Below are positions 55,681-64,000 of a stretch of DNA of 64,000 nucleotides, piece by piece. Origin of the DNA: Squalus acanthias (Eukaryota); the NCBI GenBank assembly GCA_030390025.1, contig JASTWF010000354.1:310001-374000 (forward strand), given 5' to 3'. Made by a program: the position numbers and the translations under genes. The first letter of the stretch is position 1; each line of letters starts with the position of its first letter. The notes below the pieces were generated by a model. It saw only the letters and a list, made by a program, of their open reading frames with translations. It was not told the origin of the DNA and searched no databases.

Positions 55681-58272
55681 TTGTGTCTTAATGCAAGGAG
55701 CATTCGGAACAAGGTGGATGAATTAGCTGCAGAAATAGAGGTAAATGAATACAATTTGATTGGGATTACAGAAACATGGCTCCAGGGTGGCCAAGGCTGG
55801 GAACTCAACATCCAGGGTTATTCAATATTTAGGAAAGATAGGCAAAAAAGAAAGGGAGGTGGGGTAGCATTGCTGGTTAAAGAGGGGATTAACACAATTG
55901 AAAGGAAGGATATTAGCTCTGATGATGCGGAATCTGTATGGGTAGAACTGAGAAATAACAAGGGGCAGAAAACGTTAGTGGGAGTGGTATATAGACCTCC
56001 AAACAGTAATACGGAGGTTGGGGACGGCATTAAAAGGGAAATTAGAGAAGCATGCAGTAAGGGCACAGCAGTCATCATGGGTGACTTTAATTTACATATA
56101 GATTGGGCTAACCAAATCAGTAAAAATACTGTGGAGGAGGAATTCCTAGAATGTTTACGAGATGGTTTTCTGGAACAATATGTCGAGGAATCAACCAGAG
56201 ATCAGGCCATCTTAGACTGGGTATTATGTAACGAGAAAGGATTAATTAGCAATCTTGTTGTACGAGGCCCCTTGGGTCAGAGTGATCATAATATGATAGA
56301 ATTCTTCATTAGGATGGAGAGTGAAGTCGTTGAATCAGAGACTAGGGTCCTGAATTTAAATAAAGGAAACTATGATGGTATGAGGCGCGAATTGGGTAGG
56401 ATTGATTGGGGAATCTCACTCAAAGGGTTGACGGTGGATAGGCAATGGCAAACATTCAAATACTGCATGGATGAACTACAGAATTTGTTCATCCCAGTGT
56501 GGCATAAGAATAAAACAAAAAGGGTGACTCAACCGTGGCTAACAAGGGAAATTAGGGATAGCATAAGATCCAAGGAGAGGGCATATAAATTGGCCAGAAA
56601 AAGCAGTAACCCTGAGGATTGGGAACAGTTTAGGATTCAACAAAGGAGGACAAAGGGATTAATTAAGAAGGGGAAAATAGAATATGAAAGTAAGCTTGCT
56701 GGGAACATAAAAACTGACTGTAAGAGCTTTTATAGATATGTGAAGAGAAAAAGATTAGTGAAATCAAGTGTAGGTCCCTTGCAGTCAGAAGCGGGGGAAG
56801 TTATAATGGGAACAAAGAAAAGGCAGACCAATTAAATGCATATTTTGGTTCTGTCTTCACAAAGGAGGACACAAATAACCTCCCAGAGATGTTGGAGAAC
56901 ATACGGTCTGATGAAAGGGAGGAACTGAAATAAATCAGTATTTGCAGGGAAATGGTGTTAGGGAAATTGACGGTATTGAAGGCCGATAAATCCCCAGGGC
57001 CTGATAATCTACATCCTAGGGTACTTAAGGAAGTGGCCCTAGAAATAGTAGATGCATTGCTGATCATCTTCCAACATTCGATGGAATCTGGAACTGTACC
57101 CATGGATTGGAGGGTAGCTCATGTTACCCCACTATTCAAAAAGGGTGGTAGAGAGAAAGTGGGGAATTACAGACCGGTAAGCCTGACATCGGTAGTGGGG
57201 AAAATGCTAGAGTCCATTATAAAGGATGTAATAGCAGAGCACTTGAAAAACAGTGACAGGATCGGACAAAGTCAACATGGATTTACAAAAGGTAAATCGT
57301 GCTTGACTAATCTACTGGAATTTTTTGAGGATGTAACTGGGAAAATAGATAAGGGAGAGCCAGTAGATGTGGTGTATTTGGACTTTCAAAAGGCTTTCGA
57401 TAAGGTCCCGCACAAGAGATTAGCGTGTAAAGTTAAGGCACATGGAATTGGGGGCAAGGTATTGACTTGGATAGAGAACTGGTTGGCGGACAGAAAGCAG
57501 AGTGTAGGAATTAATGGGTCTTTTTCCGAGTGGCAAGCAGTGACTAGTGGGGTACCGCAGGGATCGGTCCTTGGACCCCAGCTATTCACAATATACATTA
57601 ATGATCTAGATAAGGGAATTAAATGTAATATCTCCAAGTTTGCAGATGACACAAAGCTGGATGGGAGTGTGTGCTGCGAGGAGTATACCGAGAAACTCCA
57701 GGATGATCTGGACAGGTTGGGTGAGTGGGCAGAAGCGTGGCAGATGCAATATAACGTGGATAAGTGCGAGGTTATCCACTTTGGTGTCAAAAATGGAAAG
57801 GCAGACTATTATCTGAATGGCAATAGATTGGGAGAAGGGGAAGTGCAAGGAGACCTGGGTGTCCTTGTGCACCAGTCGCTGAAAGTAAGCATGCAGGTGC
57901 AGCTGGCGGTGAAGAAGGCAAATGGTATGTTGGCCTTCATAGCGAAAGGGTTTGAATATAGGAACAGGGATGTCCTGCTGCAGTTGTACAGGGCCTTGGT
58001 GAGACCACACCTTGAGTACTGTGTGCAGTTTTGGTCGCCTTATCTGAGGAAGGATGTTCTTGCCATGGAAGGAGTTCAGCGAAGATTCACAAGGCTGATA
58101 CCTGGGATGGCAGGAATGACGTATGAGGAGAGATTGGGTCGATTGGGCTTATACTCACTGGAGTATAGAAGAATGAGAGGGGAGCTCTTCGAAACATATA
58201 AAATTCTGAGAGGTCTGGACAAACTAGATGCAGGAAGAATGTTCCCGATGGTCGGAGAGTCCAGAACCAGGG
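55681..58272 (+). pseudogene. CR1 ORF2 (EN+RT), disrupted
   Basis: ORFs 55681-56835 and 56952-58280; frameshift near 56815 and stop near 56931. Confidence 0.9.
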
Positions 58273-58499
58273 TGTCATAAATCGCAAGAAGTAACTGAGG
58301 AAGTATTGCTGGGCAGCCAGCTGGGGCGCCGTCCAGGGAGTATAAATACTCGGGCGTGGGCCCACCTTGGGCAGAGACAATCTGGAAACAGGAAGCTAGT
58401 GACTGCTAACTAGACCTCCATGTTTTGTTACAAGTTGATTAAAGACTTGCTTTATGTTCAAGTGCGTAGTGAGTCTTTATTACGTCAATTTAATCAACT
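58273..58499 (+). promoter_or_regulatory. Gypsy 5' LTR (~227 bp)
   Basis: TATAAAT near 58341, ATTAAA near 58438, followed by TGG PBS-like site; 3' boundary approximate. Confidence 0.65.
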
Positions 58500-58587
58500 T
58501 GGTATCGTCTCCACGCTTTGGGTGATTCGGAACAACCAGCTGCAACTCGAACCACAGAAGGGAACTAGGGCAAGAAACTGACTCATC

Positions 58588-61040
58588 ATGGAAAAACTCC
58601 TTAGATCCGCTCGTCTCGACCTGGACCCGAATGCACCTGCGGCATCGAAGGTATGGAAGCATTGGTTTCGTACCTTTAGCAACTTTCTTGAAGAATGTGG
58701 GCGGGTGCCCCTAATAAGTTACGAATGCTTATTAACTACGTGTCCCCTCATGTGTATTATTATATTGAAGACTGTATAGACTACGACACTGCTGTCCAAA
58801 TTTTACAGCAGCTATATGTCAAGTCCCCGAATTAAATCTTTGCTCGACAACTACTGGCCACATCTCGGCAGCAGCCTGGGGAATCACTCGATGAATTCCT
58901 CCAGGAACTTTGCAGGCTCAGCAAGGATTGTAACCTTAAAGCAGTTACAGCTGAACAGTATCAAGAGGAACTAATCCGCGATTCCTTTATCAATGGAATC
59001 GCGTCCCCTTTTATACGTCAGCGCCTGCTGGAAAATAAAACCCTCAATTTACGGGCTGCTTATGACCAGGCGTGTTCCCTGGACTTGCCCAAGAAAAATG
59101 CAGACACTTATCTCCCACCACGTGCACGGGCGGCAGCTATCACCTTTAATGAGTCTTTCGGTAGGTCTCGGGCGGATGCCCCCGCTGATGTTGACTCTAC
59201 TCTAACAGACGACGACCCTACCCTTGAGGCCTTCGCTGATGACGACCCCGCCCTAGCAGCATCCTGGCAATCAGGAAGAAAGTGTTTCTTTTGTGGAGGG
59301 GCGTGCCATTACAGAAAATTTTGCCCGGCTCGTAATGTGACCTGCAATCATTGCAGCAAGAAAGGACACTTTTCCAAGGTATGCCAGTCACGGGCCTTTG
59401 CGAACAAGAAAGGCCGCTCCTCTAAAGTATACCGGTCGAGAGCTCCTGTTAGCTTCACAGCTGCTATCTATGGAGCTGCTCCTCCCCCAAGAACTACTGT
59501 TAAGGCTACAGTTGCCGAAGGGGAAATTGCCCCTCCTCCCATCACGGCTGTTTTTCCCCAAAGTTTGTCCCATGCAGCCACGAAGGTTTCAGTAAATGGG
59601 CACACTCTAAGCGCGCTAATCGACTCCTGCAGCTCTGACAGCTTCATTAGTAAGCGGGCTGTCAGCAGGTTAAAACTGCGCATTTATCCCTCGGACAGGG
59701 AGATTGCAATGGCTCTAACGACTCTGACCACCAATTCTTCTGGCTTCTGTCTTGTCAACCTCATCCTCAACGGCCGCACGTATCTCTCCACCCGGCTCGG
59801 AGTACTCGCAAACTTATGCAGCGATGTGCTTCTGGGACAGGACTTCCAGAAGCAGCACAAGAAGATCACTTTTGAGTTTGGAGGGTCAAGGCCGGAGCTT
59901 ACCATTTCTAAGGTGCCGTTTTGTGCGCTCTCAGCGGCCTTACTCGGTGAACCCTCCCTGTTTGCCAATCTTCCACCCCGCTGTAAACCCATAGCCACCA
60001 AATCGCGGCGCTTTAGCCAAAGCGATCGAGCATTTATCGAGGCGGAAATCTCTCGCCTTTTAGTCGACGGTATTATCGAGCCATGTTCATCTCCCTGGCG
60101 GGCTCAAGTCGTCATTGTGAAAAATCCCTTAAAACAACATAAAAAACGTCTGTGTATCGATTATTCGCAGACTATTAATCAATATACCGATCTGGATGCC
60201 TACCCGCTGCCACGCATAGATGACATGGTCAACAACCTTGCCAAATACAAGGTATTTTCAACCTTCGATTTGAAAAGCGCGTACCATCAGGTGCCACTGC
60301 AAGACTCCGACAAGAAGTATACGGCCTTTGAGGCCAATGGGCGGCTTTTCCAGTTTCGCCGCCTTCCATTCGGGGTCACCAATGGGGTGGCCGTCTTCCA
60401 ACGGGCCATGGATGGCCTAGTCCGGCAAGAGAACTTGACAGATACCTTTCCGTATTTAGACAATATCACTATTGCCGGCCATGATCAAAAGGAGCATAAC
60501 GCCAATCTTCAGAGATTTTTTGACGTGCTCCGCCGTCGCCACTTAACGTTAAACGAATCCAAATCGGTGCAGTCGGTGCCATCGGTGAACATTCTTGGCT
60601 GCTGGGTGGGCAACGGTGTTATTAAAGCGGACCCAGAGCGATTTCGTCCACTTCAGGAGCTCCCTCCCCCGACGAACCTCGGCTCTCTTCGTCGGGCACT
60701 TGGCATGTTTGCTTATTACGCAAAATGGATACCACACTTCTCCAATAAAATACAGCCCCTGCTCCATGCGAAGTCTTTTCCATTGGAAGCTACGGCTATT
60801 TCTGCCTTCAACCTCCTCAAACGACAGCTGGAGAAAGCCACGCTTCGCTCCATTGATGAAAACCTTCCTTTTGTTTTCGAATGCGATGCATCGGAGGTGG
60901 TGATCTCGGCTACCTTGAATCAAGGTGGCCGACCCGTGGCATTCCAATCCAGAACCTTGCAGGGTAGCGAGCTCCATTACCCCCCCCCCCCCCCCCGCAT
61001 CGAGAAGGAGGCTACAGCCATCATCGAGGCTGTACGCTAA
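58588..61040 (+). pseudogene. Gypsy gag-protease-RT-RNaseH
   Basis: Gag start MEKLLRSARL with frameshift/stops; two CCHC knuckles; ALIDSCS; PFG; YLDN; ECDAS; stop at 61038. Confidence 0.88.
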
Positions 61041-62540
61041 TGGGGTCATTTTCTTGCTCGGCGTCATTTTACGCTGATAACTGACCAGCGCTCCGTGGCC
61101 TTCATGTTGGATAACCGGAGGTGCACGAAAATCAAAAATAATAAAATTCAACTCTGGAGGATGGAGCTGGCCGCCTTTGGATATACTATCTGTTACCGAC
61201 CCGGCAAACAGAACGTGGCCCCAGATACCTTCACACGGGCATTTTGCTCCTCAATGTCAACGTCGACTCTGGCGGATTTGCATATGGACTTATGCCATCC
61301 TGGCGTGACCCGTATGTTGTACTTTGTGCGCTCCAAAAATCTACCATTCTCAACGGAGGACGTAAAGAAAACATGCTCCTCCAGTAGGATTTGTGCAGAA
61401 TTGAAACCACAATTCTTCCGCCCATCAGATGGCTTACTCATACATGCAATGCAGCCTATGCAGAGGCTCAGCATAGACTTTAAAGTGCCATTGCCTTCAT
61501 CGACAAAGAACACCTACCTACTTACGATGGTAGACGAGTATTCACGCTTTCCCTTCGTGATCCCCTGCCCTAATATGCTTACCTCTACGGTAATGAAATG
61601 CCTCGATCAGGTCTTTTCCCTTTGCGGGACGGCCAATTTTATCCACACGGATCGGGGTCCCTCCTTTATGTCGAGTGAACTTAAAGGTTATCTCTCCCAA
61701 CGGGGAATCGCTTCAAGTAGGACAACACCATATCACCCAATCGGCAACGGACAGGTTGAACGATACAATGCCATCATCTGGAACGCTGTCCGTCTGGCAC
61801 TGAGGTCACGCAGCCTACCGGACCAGCAGTGGGAAACGGTGCTCCCCGACGTGTTACACTCTATCAGGTCTCTTATCACCACATCTACTAATGTCACGCC
61901 TCATGAGCGATTCTTCAAATTCCGGCGTCGCTCTACACATGGGTCGTCTGTACCATCATGGTTGGTGGCTCCAGGCCCTGTGCTACTACGGAGGTTCGTC
62001 CGGTCTGCCAAAAACGATTCTCTCGTTGACGAGGTGGAGTTAACGGAGGTAAACCCCACGTATGCGCACGTACGGTACACTGATGGCCGGGAGGCCACCG
62101 TCTCGCTCAGAGATCTGGCTCCCTGCCCAACCGGTCACACGGGCCCGAATGATGAAGGATCCCACGATGATGATGTCAACACTCCGCACCCCTATGAAAA
62201 TGACGCCCCACTTGGTACATCGGGGGATCTGCCGGCAGCGTTACCGGATCAACTCAGGGAGCCGGACGCTCCCCGTAGGATGGCCACCCGAAGCCAGGAC
62301 GCCGGACAATCTCCAGCCACGACCCGGGATGAGGCCAGCTCTGCGCCTGTGGGGACCCGCAACCAGAGTCATGATATTCCCAGTCCTCCACAGGACGATC
62401 AAGACAACGCGGACTCTACTGACTCACCGGTACGGGCCCAGGGACCCAGGGACCAGGAAACGGTCCGGGGAGACGTGCCTTCCGGTAACAAGCAGAGAGC
62501 TAAACGACTACGGCTAATTCTGGTCCGCCTAGTCCGTTAA
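61041..62540 (+). pseudogene. Gypsy RNaseH end and integrase
   Basis: LCHPG, SIDFK, HTDRG, GNGQVERYN motifs; in frame with upstream pol after one TAA. Confidence 0.88.
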
Positions 62541-62581
62541 AGGAAGACTGGACTTCCAAACCTTTTAGGGAGGAAGAATGT

Positions 62582-64000
62582 GTTGATGTGATCTGGAATG
62601 CGCTGCCTGAAAGGGCGGTGGAAGCAGATTCAATAATAACTTTCAAAAGGGAATTGGAGAAATACATGAAAAGGAAAAAATTAGCAGGGCTGTGGAGAAA
62701 GAGCAGGGAGTGGGACTAATTGGAGAGCTCTTTCAAAGAGCCGGCACAGCCACAACGGGCCGAATGGCCTCCTCCTGTGCTGTGAGATTCTGTGATTCAC
62801 TACCTGCTGCCCTCCAATCGTTGAGATGAACCAGTTATTCTCACTCACTCTCCCGCTCATCATTCTTTGGGTCATTTCCAGTTCAGGGAGCTGAGTTTGG
62901 GCGAGAGGAATATAAATGCTTGAAACAGAGTGTGTTTAGCTGGCAGTGATGGAGCAGCTGTCGGAACCCTCAGCGTGGGGAGATCTTTATTGCTGCCGCT
63001 GGGTTTCTGTTATTGATCACTGCAGAAAAACACAAACAAAATATCAGCTTTGGAAATCAGTCTGCGGTGGCGACCAGGTAGGCCCACAGAGACGGCGGAC
63101 CTGGGTGGAGCGGCTGCGGCGAGGCGGCGGCTGAAAAAGAGGCGGCGGCGACCAGGTAGGCGACCAATCTGAGCCCCGAGAGCGCGAGAGAGAAGTAAAA
63201 AATAATCAAAGTGTGACATCACCAGAAAGCAGGTAAGTGATTGGTTGGTGAGTATTTCTCTTTTTCTCCTTTTTTCCATACTTAAATTCTGTGGTTTATA
63301 GTTTCTAGAGTCCCTGTGGTGTAGCGGGGACTGCTGTTAAGCAAGGGCCCTTGAGTATATCATTTAATTGAAGTGAAATTGGTGGGATTCAATTAGTTTA
63401 ATTTTAATTAATTAATTAAAGGGTAAGTCATGTCAGGAGAGGTCGGTGCCAGTGATATGCTCCTCCTGCTATATGTGGGAAATCAGGGACACTTCCTGTG
63501 TCCCTGACGACCATGTGTGTGGGAAGTGTATCCAGCTGCAGCTGCTGACGGACTGCATTGCGGCGCTGGAGCTGCGGATGGATGCATATTGGAGCATTCG
63601 CGACACTGAGAACGTCGTGGATAACTCGTTTAGCGAGTTGGTCACACCGCAGGTAAAGGGTGTACAGGCAGGAAGTGAATGGGTGACCACCAGGCAGAGT
63701 AAGAGGTGCAGGCAGGTAGTGCAGGGGTCCCCTGTGGCCATCCCCCTCTCAAACAGATATACCACTTTGGATGCTGTTGGGGGGGATGACTTACCAGGGG
63801 AAGGCGGCAGCAGCCAACTTCCTGGCACCATGGGTGGCTCTGCTGCACAGGCTGGGAGGAAAGTAGTGTGGCAGAGCTATAGTGATAGGGGAATCAATTG
63901 TAAGGGGAATAGATAGGCGTTTCTGCGGCCGCAATCGAGACTCCAGGATGGTGTGTTGCCTCCCTGGTGCAAGGGTCAAGGACGTCTCGGAGCGGCTACA
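62582..64000 (+). repeat. Second copy of 49331-~50750 (CR1 3' end, unique spacer, CR1 5'UTR and ORF1)
   Basis: Colinear at an offset of 13251 bp, including non-TE spacer sequence; ORF1 copy at 63430 is frameshifted. Confidence 0.93.

Larger units (their letters stand above)
49811..58272 (+). mobile_element. Near full-length CR1 LINE (5'UTR, ORF1, ORF2) disrupted by Harbinger and Gypsy insertions; 3' end missing
   Basis: CpG-rich 5'UTR, ORF1 esterase, ORF2 continuous across the Harbinger site (LKA|LCLNARSIRNK); 5' boundary approximate. Confidence 0.9.
58273..62581 (+). mobile_element. Ty3/Gypsy LTR retrotransposon, mildly degenerate, 3' LTR missing
   Basis: 5' LTR starting TGT, PBS-like TGGTATC near 58500, gag-PR-RT-RH-IN order, PPT AGGGAGGAAGAA (62567-62578) followed by TGT. 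Confidence 0.92.

Overview
Repeat-dense vertebrate genomic DNA, almost certainly from a cartilaginous fish (shark-type CR1/L2/RTE LINEs, Penelope elements, Deu-domain tRNA-SINEs). No host protein-coding gene could be recognised with confidence; nearly all long ORFs are transposon-derived or artefacts of minisatellites. Highlights: (1) an apparently intact, autonomous 4.36-kb PIF/Harbinger DNA transposon (TIRs, 3-bp TSD, full DDE transposase, convergent 3-exon Myb/SANT gene) inserted in a full-length CR1, which is also hit by a Gypsy element; (2) a putative ~13.25-kb tandem duplication whose junction falls 3 bp into the Gypsy 3' LTR; (3) several minisatellites that are seeded at one fixed hairpin or G-rich site of specific SINE/LINE families, including a ~6.7-kb array inside a single SINE; (4) minimal hammerhead-ribozyme motifs in two Penelope 3' ends; (5) two solo LTRs with 4-bp TSDs, two Harbinger-like MITEs and several nested insertions. 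Family names come from motif recognition only; no database search was run.
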